Translations under genes and position numbers: made by a program
In this document: positions 12,199 through 21,927 of the stretch, one piece after another
Layout of the letters: each line of letters opens with the position of its first letter
Position numbering within the stretch: position 1 is the first letter of the stretch
Virus record (IMG/VR): IMGVR_UViG_3300050343_000110
Length of the DNA stretch: 64,000 nucleotides
DNA from: a virus
Direction: 5' to 3' (one strand)
The notes under the pieces: model-generated
What the model was told of the DNA's origin: nothing
The model's database searches: none
What the model saw: only the letters and a program-made list of their open reading frames with translations

Positions 12199-12228
12199 GG
12201 GTTCAAATTAAACTAAGGAGAAAGAAAA

Positions 12229-12705
12229 ATGGCAGATAAGAAAATTACTGCACTATCAGATCTTGGAGCAGGTATTGCTGGCGAAGATCTACTTCATGTG
12301 ATTGATGACCCATCAGGCAACCCTGTTAATAAACGTGTGTCTGTAACTGATGTTTTTGGTAATATTCCATCTATTGTTGCACTTGGTGGAACACCACAGG
12401 CAATTACTGCAGCTACCACTGCACCAAATATTACTACAACAATCACCACTATTGACTCAACATCTGGAGCGCATACAGGAACTATTTCTGAGACTTCAGT
12501 TAAACAGGGTCAAATTAAGCATATCGTAAAGATTGCTGGATCAAACTCAAATACTTCTACACTTACAGTAACAACTGGTGTAGGTATTGCAACAATTGTT
12601 CTAACAAGAATTGGTGACTCTGTAACACTTATGTGGACAGGCGCTCAAGGATGGGCAGTTGTAGGAACTGGTGGCATTAGTGCCGGCGGCCCAACAATTA
12701 CTTAA
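12229..12705 (+). CDS. Virion structural protein
   Basis: MADKKITAL start typical of T4-like structural proteins; Thr/Gly-rich. Confidence 0.6.
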   Translation: MADKKITALSDLGAGIAGEDLLHVIDDPSGNPVNKRVSVTDVFGNIPSIVALGGTPQAITAATTAPNITTTITTIDSTSGAHTGTISETSVKQGQIKHIVKIAGSNSNTSTLTVTTGVGIATIVLTRIGDSVTLMWTGAQGWAVVGTGGISAGGPTIT

Positions 12706-12724
12706 TTAGAAAAAGGATAGAAAA

Positions 12725-13135
12725 ATGAAAACCTTTAAGAATCATTTAAACGAAAAGGCTGTAGATGGTGGTTATCCAGTAGATACAGATTCATTTTCTA
12801 ACGACCTTGCAAAACCAGAAAATATCGAAAGAATTAATTCGTTTCTTGGTGCAATGAGTAAGATAGAATATCTTGTTCCAGAACACGCAATTAACAAAAT
12901 TAAAGAAAGACTAGGTAGACTAGCAATTTCTTTCGGTGATGTTGACTTGAATGAGGCAGGGGGTAAAATCTCCCTGCCACTTACTCAATTTGGTGGTCGT
13001 TCAGGAATGGATGATAATGCTGAAAAGATTGATGACGATGGTATCTCTCACAAAGTTGAGGGCGGTTTGTCAATTGAAATCATGCATGAAAAAACTGGAG
13101 CAGGAACACATTTTATTAAAGCCAGAATCGTTTAA
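12725..13135 (+). CDS. Hypothetical protein with capsid-targeting-like N-terminus
   Basis: MKTFKNHLNE resembles the T4 internal-protein leader. Confidence 0.55.
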   Translation: MKTFKNHLNEKAVDGGYPVDTDSFSNDLAKPENIERINSFLGAMSKIEYLVPEHAINKIKERLGRLAISFGDVDLNEAGGKISLPLTQFGGRSGMDDNAEKIDDDGISHKVEGGLSIEIMHEKTGAGTHFIKARIV

Positions 13136-13150
13136 TAGACGAAGGCAAAT

Positions 13151-13513
13151 ATGTTTGAAAAATTAACTAATGATAACATCACAATGTTTGCAATTAAACA
13201 TTATGATAATCCACAGTGTGAAGGTGAAGCCGAATTCCATGATGACATGAAACGCTTTAAGTATGTAAAGCGTTTGTTGAGAAAATATCAAGACTCGGGC
13301 GAATTAAAAGAACGACTGATATTAAATCACTTAATTGTTATCTTTAACGTGTTCGGTGCAGATGCTGGTTCTACATTGCTTCTGTTTAAGATTGAACCTG
13401 AGCATTGGAGTATTCTAAAAACATTTATGGTGTTTTTAAATATGCTACCAGATGGTGAAATTGCAGAAGTAGAATTAAACACTGAAGTCGAGAAAGTATT
13501 AGAGAAACTATAA
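13151..13513 (+). CDS. Conserved T4-like hypothetical protein
   Basis: YDNPQC...EF..D..RFKY.KRL, ERLILNH motifs. Confidence 0.7.
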   Translation: MFEKLTNDNITMFAIKHYDNPQCEGEAEFHDDMKRFKYVKRLLRKYQDSGELKERLILNHLIVIFNVFGADAGSTLLLFKIEPEHWSILKTFMVFLNMLPDGEIAEVELNTEVEKVLEKL

Positions 13514-14125
13514 TGGGAAGAGCGATTGATTTATTTGTAACGTACCGTTTCATCAGACTGCTGACTACGCCGTTTGAAAAAACAGATGCGTTTAAGATGG
13601 GTATTATTGATAAGAACGGCAATAGGTTGCCGAAGAAACTGTATAAGATTGATGAACGCAATGCATATACTGTATTGCATAAACTTGTATTCAATATCAA
13701 GAAACTATTTCAAAAAGTGCCTGGCCTTAGAACTAAGGTTGGTACATACGCTGCTGCCCTATTCTTACTGAAAGATACTTTCAAAGAACACGTTGAAGAC
13801 CCCAAAGATGTTTGAGAAAGAGTTTCTTAAATATCTAGAGGAGAACAATATAGAACTTGATGATACTATTGCAGAGGAAGTAACTCTGGACAACGGTAAA
13901 CTATCAAAGGGTATCTATACTCTCACACAGGATGTTGTTGCAACAGAAGATGAGGAAGAAATTGAGGCATTGGAAGGTGATGAGGTTGAGGTATTTGAAG
14001 ATACACCAGCCGCAGATACTATTTTGGGCGTTGATGTTTTTCCAGTAATTCATATAAAAACAAAGCAGAAGATATTTGTTTCTGCTGAAGATATTAAGGA
14101 AGTAGATATAGGGGATCTATTATGA
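13513..14125 (+). CDS. Conserved T4-like protein (YRFIRLL..PF...AF..GIID..G family; frameshift near 13803)
   Basis: Motif; joins ORFs 13513..13815 and 13793..14125. Confidence 0.6.
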
Positions 14126-14622
14126 GTCTAAAATTCGATGACATTATGAAAAAATTCTATGATGACCCATCACTAGGTATCAAGACTGAAGATGCTCCTA
14201 CCAACAATGCTGGTAGTGGTGCAGTCTCTATGCCACCTGATGCGGCAATGAAGAAGAAAAAGAAAAATCCATATGATGGTAGAACTAAAGAAGCAAGGCA
14301 GTTCTATAAGAGAATGGAAACGCTTCGTGCAAGAAGAGAATCTAGGCTTGCAAAGAAAGTTCAAGAGAATACTATTGAACAGGCAAGTTATTTTGCAGAG
14401 AGTAATCTTGATGTGTTGAAAAAGATTGTAAAAGACAAACAACACCAAAATGTCAAATTTAAAGATGGGAATATGAAAGTGGACTTGTTCACTGCCTCAG
14501 CAGTAACACAAGTATATGACAAAGTTAATCGTTCCAACCAACAGAAGATGGATAAAATGTTGAATGGTAAGAAGGCAGAGTTTATGAAGATTGCCAACTT
14601 TGCACTTTCAAAGGTTAAATGA
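14122..14622 (+). CDS. Hypothetical late protein
   Basis: EDAPTNN and YDGRTKE motifs seen in T4-like head proteins. Confidence 0.55.
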   Translation: MSLKFDDIMKKFYDDPSLGIKTEDAPTNNAGSGAVSMPPDAAMKKKKKNPYDGRTKEARQFYKRMETLRARRESRLAKKVQENTIEQASYFAESNLDVLKKIVKDKQHQNVKFKDGNMKVDLFTASAVTQVYDKVNRSNQQKMDKMLNGKKAEFMKIANFALSKVK

Positions 14623-15584
14623 AGAACTTTGCAAACTATATTACAGAACAAACTCTGTCTAAATCTGACTTAGATGGAGTCGAAAAGTATGCAGATAGAT
14701 TGTATGCGGCCGCTGGTATTGACGTTGAGTTTACCAGACATTTTCTTGACAGAGTAAATGACAGTCGTAACAAGAAACAGATTACTGTGGCAGAACTTAT
14801 TCGTATGTTTAAACAGTCTTATAAAAAGTTTGGTAAGAAGATTGCGAAACTTGGCCCTGATGCAGAGGCGGTATTAAATGATATGCAAACAGATATCAAT
14901 ATGCCCTTTGTTCTCAAATGGGATGGTAAAGAGTTAGACTTAATTGCAAAGACAGTAATGAGAAAGAGAAACTTTGGAACAACGAATCCAAAGTTAAGTT
15001 TTGAAGAATTTGAATTCTTTCCTGAAAACTTACATGAAAGAATTGTGCTTCCTGAACCCCCTACAGATTTACAAAAAGAAGCAGACAAAGTAAAACAGAT
15101 TATTGCGAATAGGACTCCAGAAGATGAACAGTCTATTCGTATTCACGATGAGAATTCATTTTACGCTATTGACAAATATTGTGAAGAACATGGGTTATTA
15201 TTTCACGATAGTGAGATGAAAGATATCGTGATGCAAGCAAAACCCACAATCAAATATTTTAAAGAACATTTCAATATTGATAGACCTCACGAAGTTGATC
15301 CGTCTATCAAACCAATGTCTAGTACTACAAACAAGACTAGAGCCTATCCAAGTGGACACGCAACTCAATCAATGTTAGTTGGGTTGTACGTTTCTGCAAA
15401 GTTTCCAGAACATGAGGATGGTATAATCAGGGCCGCAAAAGAATGTGGACTTGGTAGAGTGAAAGCAGGATTTCATTATCTTGCAGATTATGTCGCTGGC
15501 AATTTACTTGCAGAAAAAATGTTCCTAGTTATGAACAAAGATAACTATGGTAAATATATAAAGGAAGAAATTGATGGCGCCTAG
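14619..15584 (+). CDS. Fusion: RelE/BECR-like domain plus PAP2-type acid phosphatase
   Basis: N-term FTRHFLDRVND...KTVMRK; C-term K....RP, AYPSGHA, GRV.AGFHY.AD. Confidence 0.7.
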   Translation: MKNFANYITEQTLSKSDLDGVEKYADRLYAAAGIDVEFTRHFLDRVNDSRNKKQITVAELIRMFKQSYKKFGKKIAKLGPDAEAVLNDMQTDINMPFVLKWDGKELDLIAKTVMRKRNFGTTNPKLSFEEFEFFPENLHERIVLPEPPTDLQKEADKVKQIIANRTPEDEQSIRIHDENSFYAIDKYCEEHGLLFHDSEMKDIVMQAKPTIKYFKEHFNIDRPHEVDPSIKPMSSTTNKTRAYPSGHATQSMLVGLYVSAKFPEHEDGIIRAAKECGLGRVKAGFHYLADYVAGNLLAEKMFLVMNKDNYGKYIKEEIDGA

Positions 15585-16641
15585 AAATCACAAACAGTGG
15601 AAATCAGTTCCAAACGTAGAATACATTTCAAGTGAATGTTATAATAACAACAGCATATTCCAACAAGAACAAGAACTAATCTTCAGTAAAGTTTGGATTC
15701 CTATGTGTCACATCAGTGAGATGTATGAAAAGGGAAACTATAGAACAACGCAAATAGCAGGACAAAATGTTATTGCATATAATACAGGGGAACTTGGTGC
15801 AAGAGCATTTATCAATAATGGGCCTCAGATGCCTTCTGGTAAACTGTGGAATGATGATACCTTTGGTAGAGAACTGCATTGTGAAATAAAACATGGTGGT
15901 ATGGTTTGGGTTACACTAGACCCTAATCCAACACAGAGTGTGGATGAATGGACTGCTGGTGCATTTGATTGTATTGCAGAAGCAATTGACACAGAAGAGA
16001 TGGAAGTATTCCACTACCACAAAGCCATTATAAATACAAACTACAAGTTATGGCACGATACTAACTCTGAGTTCTACCACGACTTTATGCACTACTTTAA
16101 TCGTGTGTCTGGATTCAATGATGAGTATTTTGCTAGAAAAAATATCCCTTTCGACAATGGCCACGTTAATGTTAGTTCATTTACAGTCAACTACGAAGAG
16201 TACGATGGGTTTGAGGATAGAGGCGAACTTAGTTTCCCTAACCTCCCCCCTAATCAATGGTACATGGTTGACTTATTTCCTGGCTTTAACTTTAATCTTA
16301 GAGGGAGTGCTTATAGAAGCGATAGTGTTACGCCTCTGGGCCCGAATGAAGTTCTTATAGAATTTCGTGGATATGGATTAAGAAAAGACACAAAAGAAGA
16401 AAGACAGACTAGAATTAAACATCATAATTCTATCTGGGGCCCGTTTGGTAGAAATCTCCATGAAGATTTGATTGGAGTTGCTGGACAGGGAACGACTATG
16501 CGTGAAGGAACAGAAGCACGAAATATCCTACACGGTAGACATGAGAATGGAACTATCCACGATGAAGTGGGTATGAGACATTACTATGGTGCATGGGGTG
16601 ATATGCTGGGTGTAAATCCAGAACAACCTCTCGCCGCATAA
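15571..16641 (+). CDS. Ring-hydroxylating (Rieske) oxygenase alpha-subunit homolog lacking the Rieske cluster ligands
   Basis: E.ELIFSKVW, NYKLW...EFYH.FMH, LFP, EDL; no CxH...CxxH. Confidence 0.8.
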   Translation: MMAPRNHKQWKSVPNVEYISSECYNNNSIFQQEQELIFSKVWIPMCHISEMYEKGNYRTTQIAGQNVIAYNTGELGARAFINNGPQMPSGKLWNDDTFGRELHCEIKHGGMVWVTLDPNPTQSVDEWTAGAFDCIAEAIDTEEMEVFHYHKAIINTNYKLWHDTNSEFYHDFMHYFNRVSGFNDEYFARKNIPFDNGHVNVSSFTVNYEEYDGFEDRGELSFPNLPPNQWYMVDLFPGFNFNLRGSAYRSDSVTPLGPNEVLIEFRGYGLRKDTKEERQTRIKHHNSIWGPFGRNLHEDLIGVAGQGTTMREGTEARNILHGRHENGTIHDEVGMRHYYGAWGDMLGVNPEQPLAA

Positions 16642-16652
16642 AGGAGACTAAA

Positions 16653-16814
16653 ATGAAAAATTGGATTAAATCACGAATCGCAGAAAGAACATCTTGGGAT
16701 GGTGCAGTATGTATCGGACTAGGAGTTATGATTCTATTCATGGCACCTCTTGCCAAGATTGCAGCAGGACTTGCAATTGCATGGGGAGTTTGGACAATTT
16801 GGAAATCAGAATGA
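16653..16814 (+). CDS. 53-aa two-TM membrane protein (holin-like candidate)
   Basis: AGGAG RBS; MKNWIKSRIAERTSWDGAVCIGLGVMILFMAPLAKIAAGLAIAWGVWTIWKSE; upstream of spanins. Confidence 0.55.
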   Translation: MKNWIKSRIAERTSWDGAVCIGLGVMILFMAPLAKIAAGLAIAWGVWTIWKSE

Positions 16815-16933
16815 TTGGGCCAGAAAGATATTGTGAATCTTGTAAATGCAGATGTCACTGTTATTCACAAGAATGTCCTAATTGTACAAACGATATCTGC
16901 ACAGAATGTAAATGTGAGGAATCAAAAAAGTGA
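16811..16933 (+). CDS. 40-aa Cys-rich metallothionein-like peptide
   Basis: MIGPERYCESCKCRCHCYSQECPNCTNDICTECKCEESKK; 4-nt start/stop overlaps on both sides. Confidence 0.6.
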   Translation: MIGPERYCESCKCRCHCYSQECPNCTNDICTECKCEESKK

Positions 16934-17433
16934 TTAAACTATATGGGGCAATCGCTCTCATAGCAATCTTGGGTGGTGTAGGTTATGGTGCAAAATACTA
17001 TTACGACACCACCCAAAATACTATTGCACAATTGCGTGACAATAATGCAAAGCTAGAAGTTGCAGTTGACACTGCACAGAATAGTGTAGAAACGCTACAG
17101 GGTGATATGGTAAAACTTGCAACCTTGAATAAAGGATTGCAACAAGACTTACAGAAGGCAGAAGCATATGGGGATGAACTTAGATCGAAACTAAGTAAAC
17201 TTGACCTTGTTGTGGAAGCATTAAAGAATTCAAAAAGTTTAGAAGGAAAGATGAATGGTGCTACAGCGAATTTGTGGCGTGACTTCATGGGTGACACCGG
17301 CGGTAATTCTGAGCGTCCTCTTCCTAACTGGTTGCAGCAATCTCCGACAGGAGCCGGAGATCAAAGTAGTAACCAAGGTGGAGAAAGTTCAGATACCAGT
17401 GGTAGCACAACCGAAGCCACTCCAACTGAATGA
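16930..17433 (+). CDS. Inner-membrane spanin (Rz-like)
   Basis: N-terminal TM plus long coiled coil; overlaps a lipoprotein gene. Confidence 0.7.
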   Translation: MIKLYGAIALIAILGGVGYGAKYYYDTTQNTIAQLRDNNAKLEVAVDTAQNSVETLQGDMVKLATLNKGLQQDLQKAEAYGDELRSKLSKLDLVVEALKNSKSLEGKMNGATANLWRDFMGDTGGNSERPLPNWLQQSPTGAGDQSSNQGGESSDTSGSTTEATPTE

Positions 17434-17656
17434 TACTAGAGTATTTGTAGTAAACAAAGATAACTATGAAGAGTTTGTCAAAGAGTTCACAGAGACTTAT
17501 GGCGAACTTGCGTTTGTTGCTTTGTCAATGAAGGACTATCAAAATCTTGCATTGAACATTGCAGATATCAAACGGTACTTAGAACAACAAAAAGAAATAA
17601 TCATATATTATGAGAAAGCGGTGACAGAAGAACCAAAGGAGAAAGAAGATGATTGA
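17255..17656 (+). CDS. Outer-membrane spanin (Rz1-like lipoprotein)
   Basis: Lipobox LTGC, Pro-rich P..QPKPL, overlaps the i-spanin in another frame. Confidence 0.7.
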   Translation: MVLQRICGVTSWVTPAVILSVLFLTGCSNLRQEPEIKVVTKVEKVQIPVVAQPKPLQLNDTRVFVVNKDNYEEFVKEFTETYGELAFVALSMKDYQNLALNIADIKRYLEQQKEIIIYYEKAVTEEPKEKEDD

Positions 17657-18230
17657 TATGATTATCGACTTGGCAATGACATGGTGGCAGTTTACTGTAG
17701 TAGGTATTCTCATCATTATAGGTTTTATCATCAATATGTTTGGTGTAGATAACAAAGACAAAAGACTTGGATTTGAATACAAGGAAATGCCACATATGCA
17801 ACCAATAGCAATCCCAACAGCCGGAAAAGGTTTTTGGAGTGCAATCTGGATGTGGTTGATGGGTTCAAGACATTGGGTAGTGTCAAAAGACTTTCACTAC
17901 ACAATTGATGAAGTTGACTATGTAATTCCAAAAGGATTTATGTTTGACGGAGCATCCATACCTAAGTTCCTACATACCTGGCTATCCCCCACAGGAGTAC
18001 TGCTGATGGGTGGTCTTGTTCACGACTATGCATACAAGTATGCAACACTCAGAGGAAAAGATGGCGGCACATGGGGTAAGATGAATCAGAAAGAGGCAGA
18101 CCAAATCTTTCGTGACATAAATATAGAACAGAATGGTTTTCACTTTCTAAACTATCTTGCATATTGGGCGTTAAGAATTGGTGGCTTCGTTGCATGGAAC
18201 GGCCATAGAAAAAACGACAAGAAAAAGTAG
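17649..18230 (+). CDS. DUF1353 family protein
   Basis: IPKGF.FDGASIP, VHDYAY, EADQIF, Y.ALR.GG. Confidence 0.8.
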   Translation: MIDMIIDLAMTWWQFTVVGILIIIGFIINMFGVDNKDKRLGFEYKEMPHMQPIAIPTAGKGFWSAIWMWLMGSRHWVVSKDFHYTIDEVDYVIPKGFMFDGASIPKFLHTWLSPTGVLLMGGLVHDYAYKYATLRGKDGGTWGKMNQKEADQIFRDINIEQNGFHFLNYLAYWALRIGGFVAWNGHRKNDKKK

Positions 18231-18248
18231 AATGGAATAGATATTGCA

Positions 18249-18704
18249 ATGGCTACAGTAAAGACGATTGAAACGGAAGTTGAACTTCTAAAAAGAGAAG
18301 TTGCTGACATGAAGCAAATTCATGTGAGGTTGGATTCTGCTATCGAAAAGATTGCAGACGTTTCAACGTCTTTACATACTATCATGGCAGTGCATGAAGA
18401 GAAATTAATTAGACAGGAAGAAGCATTGGAAGGACAGGAAAAGGAGTTCAGAGATAGCGTTCAAGAACTGCATAGTAGAATTACGACCAATGCAAAAGAA
18501 ACATCAACGCAGATGGGGGAAATGGAACGCCGTCTACATGATGCAATGAATGAACACAATCGTAAAGAAACAGAACAGTTCATACGGTTGCGTGAAGAAT
18601 TATCAACCAGAGTAGGCATACTGGAAAAATGGAGATACCTAATCATAGGCGGCTCTATCGTCATAGGATTTGCACTTACAGAGATACTACCAATCTTTAT
18701 GTAA
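18249..18704 (+). CDS. Coiled-coil protein with C-terminal TM
   Basis: LEKWRYLIIGG tail. Confidence 0.6.
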   Translation: MATVKTIETEVELLKREVADMKQIHVRLDSAIEKIADVSTSLHTIMAVHEEKLIRQEEALEGQEKEFRDSVQELHSRITTNAKETSTQMGEMERRLHDAMNEHNRKETEQFIRLREELSTRVGILEKWRYLIIGGSIVIGFALTEILPIFM

Positions 18705-18710
18705 AATCTA

Positions 18711-18739
18711 TTGACAAGTGAGATGAAAACGTGTATATT
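18711..18739 (+). promoter_or_regulatory. sigma70-type promoter for the primase gene
   Basis: TTGACA-17-TATATT. Confidence 0.6.
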
Positions 18740-18746
18740 ATGACTT

Positions 18747-19765
18747 ATGAATTACATTGACACAAAATATATTTCACTGATATCACACAGACTAAGAAAC
18801 TTCACAAAGAAGGGTGACTTCTTGTGGAACTTTTCTTGTCCATTCTGTGGTGATTCTCAGAGGAATAAGAAGAAGGCCAGGGGTTTTGTTTATAGAACAA
18901 AGAGTGACTTGTTCTATAAATGTCACAACTGTGCTCATGGTACTAACCTATCTAAACTCATTGAGTATGTAGATCCAAATACACATAAAGAATATGTGAT
19001 GGAGAGATACAAAGAGGGTAGTAACGGTACACCATACAAGGGTGCATATAAAACACCAGAACCAGATTTCATTTTTGAAAGTCCTGTGTTCAAAACCTTT
19101 GACGGACTAAGTAGTTTTGCAGAATTGGATGATACACATCCGGCTGTCAAATTTTTATTGGATAGAATGCTTCCTAGAGATTCTTGGAACGATATATATT
19201 TCTGTCCAAAGTTTTTTGAGTTTACTAATCGTTATGTTCCAAATAAGTTTCCTTCACTGAATGGCGATCATCCTCGTATGATTATTCCTTTTAGAAAAGA
19301 AGATGGAACTATATTTGCTTATCAAGGAAGAGCGTTTGGTAAAGAAAAACAAAAGTATATTACTATCATTTTGGACAAAGAATGTCCTAAAGATATTTGG
19401 GCTTGATAGGGTGGACACTTCTAGGAGATATTTTTGTCGTGGAAGGCCCTTTTGATAGTCTTTTTATTACCAAACTGTATTGCGGTCGCTCAAAGTGATT
19501 TGCGTGTACCTCAATACAAAGATAAGGCAGTTCTTGTTCCAGATAACGAACCAAGAAACAAACAAGTAATGTAAACAAATAGAACAGTGTAGTTGAAGAT
19601 GGATATAGTGTTGTTGTCTGGCCACATGGGGTAAAAGAAAAAGATATAAACGATATGATTATTATCTGGAATGGACGCTCAGCAGAGATTCAAGAAATTA
19701 TACATAATAACACCCATAAAGGATTACAAGCACAAACCGTTTTCAGTTCGTGGAAAAAAATATAG
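18747..19765 (+). CDS. 61: DNA primase gp61 (frameshifted 3' part)
   Basis: CPFCGDS..KARG..CHNC Zn finger, YQGR, then VEGPFDS, DNEPRN, KDINDM in shifted frames. Confidence 0.92.
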
Positions 19766-19786
19766 GAAACATTAGGAGATACAAAC

Positions 19787-21637
19787 ATGGCCCTTGAGAA
19801 CGTAGTAACATTCCCAAGTGCTGAGGAAAGTGGTCTTTCACACCTTGGCATTACAATTGACAAAAGATAGAGACAAAGATTTATCAGAACAAGCATACAA
19901 ACTACTCAAGGACTATTATTGTAACGAAAATGAAAATTCACCACAACAGGCATATGCACGAGCAGCAGTTGCATATTGTGATGGACGATTTAGAACTTGC
20001 ACAAAGAATTTATGATGCAGTATCCAAAGGTTGGTTCATGTTTGCATCACCAGTATTATCGAATGCACCAATGCCTGGGCAGAAAGCAAGAGCATTACCT
20101 ATTTCGTGTTTTTTAACTTATGTACCAGATTCACTTGGAAGGACTTATTGACCACTCAGCAGAGTTGCGTTGGTTGTCAGTCAAGGGTGGTGGTGTCGGT
20201 GGACACTGGAGTGATATTCGTGCAATCTCTGACAAAGCACCAGGCCCGATGCCATTTCTTGCATACCGTAGATGCAGACATGACTGCATACAGACAGGGT
20301 AAGACAAGGAAAGGTTCTTACGCCGCATACATGGATGTATCACATCCAGACATCATTGAATTCTTAAACATGAGAGTACCAACTGGTGATGTGAACCGTA
20401 AGAACCTTAACTTGCACCATGCGATTAACATTACTGATTCGTTTATGCGAGCAGTAGAACGAAATGAGATGGTGGGATTTGAAAGACCCTAATGATGACA
20501 CAGTTCGTGAATCAATGCCTGCAAGGACGTTATGGCAACAAATTCTAGAAGTAAGATATCGTACAGGTGAACCATATCTAAACTTTATCGACACTGCTAA
20601 TCGTGCAGCTTGCCACATACAATGAAAGCGAAAGGATTAAAGATTCATGGTTCTAATCTATGTAACGAAATTCATCTACCAACATCTGAAGACAGAACTG
20701 CTGTATGCTGTCTTTCTTCAGTCAATTTGGAAAATATGACGATTGGAAAGACACACAAATGATTCGTGACCTTGTTCGTTTCTTGGACAATGTACTACAG
20801 TTCTTTATTGACAATGCACCAGATGATATTAGTCGTGCAAGATATTCTGCTGACCACAAGAGCGTAGTCTATTGGTCTTGGTGCGATGGGTTGGCATTCG
20901 TCTCTTAAACAAGAAGAGAATTCCATTTGATGGTGGTCAAGCAAGACGTATGGAATGCAGTCAAGTGTTTCAACATATTCAAAAACAAGCAGTTGCAGAA
21001 GAGTCTTAGATGATGGGTATGATAAAAGGGGTGAGGCACCAGACATGGAAGGTACTGGTAGACGTAATGCACATCTACTTGCAATCGCTCCGAATGCAAA
21101 CAGTTCTATTATCTGTGGTACTTCACCATCAATTGAACCATTGAAAGCAAATGCATATACACATAGAACCAGAGCAGGGTCACACTTAGTAAAGAACAAG
21201 TATCTTGCAGAAGAACTTGATAAGATTGATAAGAATACAGATAGAGGTATGGAACGACATTATTACTAATGGTGGTTCTGTACAACACTTAAAGTTTTTA
21301 TCTGATGAGGTCAAAGAAGTTTTCAAAACTGCTATTGAAGTTGACCAGAATAAACTAGTAGAACAGGGTGGTGACAGACAAAGAATTCTTATGTCAAGGT
21401 CAATCCCTAAATCTATTCTTCCCTGCTGGTGCAGAGAAAAAGTATCTACATCAAGTACACTACAACGCATGGAAGTCTGGTTGTAAAGGTCTTTACTATT
21501 TAAGAACTGAAACTAGTCAACGTGCAGAGAATGTATCTGAAAAGGTAGAAAGGAATGCATTGAAAGACTATGAGTCACAAGCTGTTTGCGACATCACTGC
21601 ACAATCGCAAGATGAGTGTGTAGCGTGTCAAGGGTAG
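19787..21637 (+). CDS. nrdA: Class I ribonucleotide reductase alpha subunit, no ATP cone (multiple indels)
   Basis: FASPVLSN, PISCF, GGGVG, SNLCNEI, AIAPNANSSI, C-terminal C..CQG spread over several frames. Confidence 0.92.
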
Positions 21638-21915
21638 TTCAGTTAACAGACAGTGCAAGAGAATATTTAAAACAAGTAGGTAAACCAAACGTATCACTAT
21701 CTGTAAAGGGTGGTGGTTGTTCTGGATTCCAATATGAGTGGGGGGTGACAGACAAATCTCCCACAATAGAAAATTTATGGTTAGACCCCATGGCAGAGAT
21801 GTTTGTGTTTGGTTGTACAGTAGACTATGTAGAAGAACTAGGTGGTTCTTATTTAAAAGTAATTAACCCAAACGCAACTGCATCGTGTGGTTGTGGTGAA
21901 AGTTTCGCAGTTTAG
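21616..21915 (+). CDS. iscA: HesB/IscA/ErpA A-type Fe-S carrier
   Basis: GGGCSGFQY and NPNA..SCGCGESF. Confidence 0.9.
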   Translation: MCSVSRVVQLTDSAREYLKQVGKPNVSLSVKGGGCSGFQYEWGVTDKSPTIENLWLDPMAEMFVFGCTVDYVEELGGSYLKVINPNATASCGCGESFAV

Positions 21916-21927
21916 GAGAAAGAAAAA

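Noticed and set aside
19380-21420. Many frameshifts in primase and nrdA as pseudogenes, introns or recoding
   Set aside because: These are essential genes broken by scattered single-base indels with no inserted sequence; best explained as long-read or low-coverage errors
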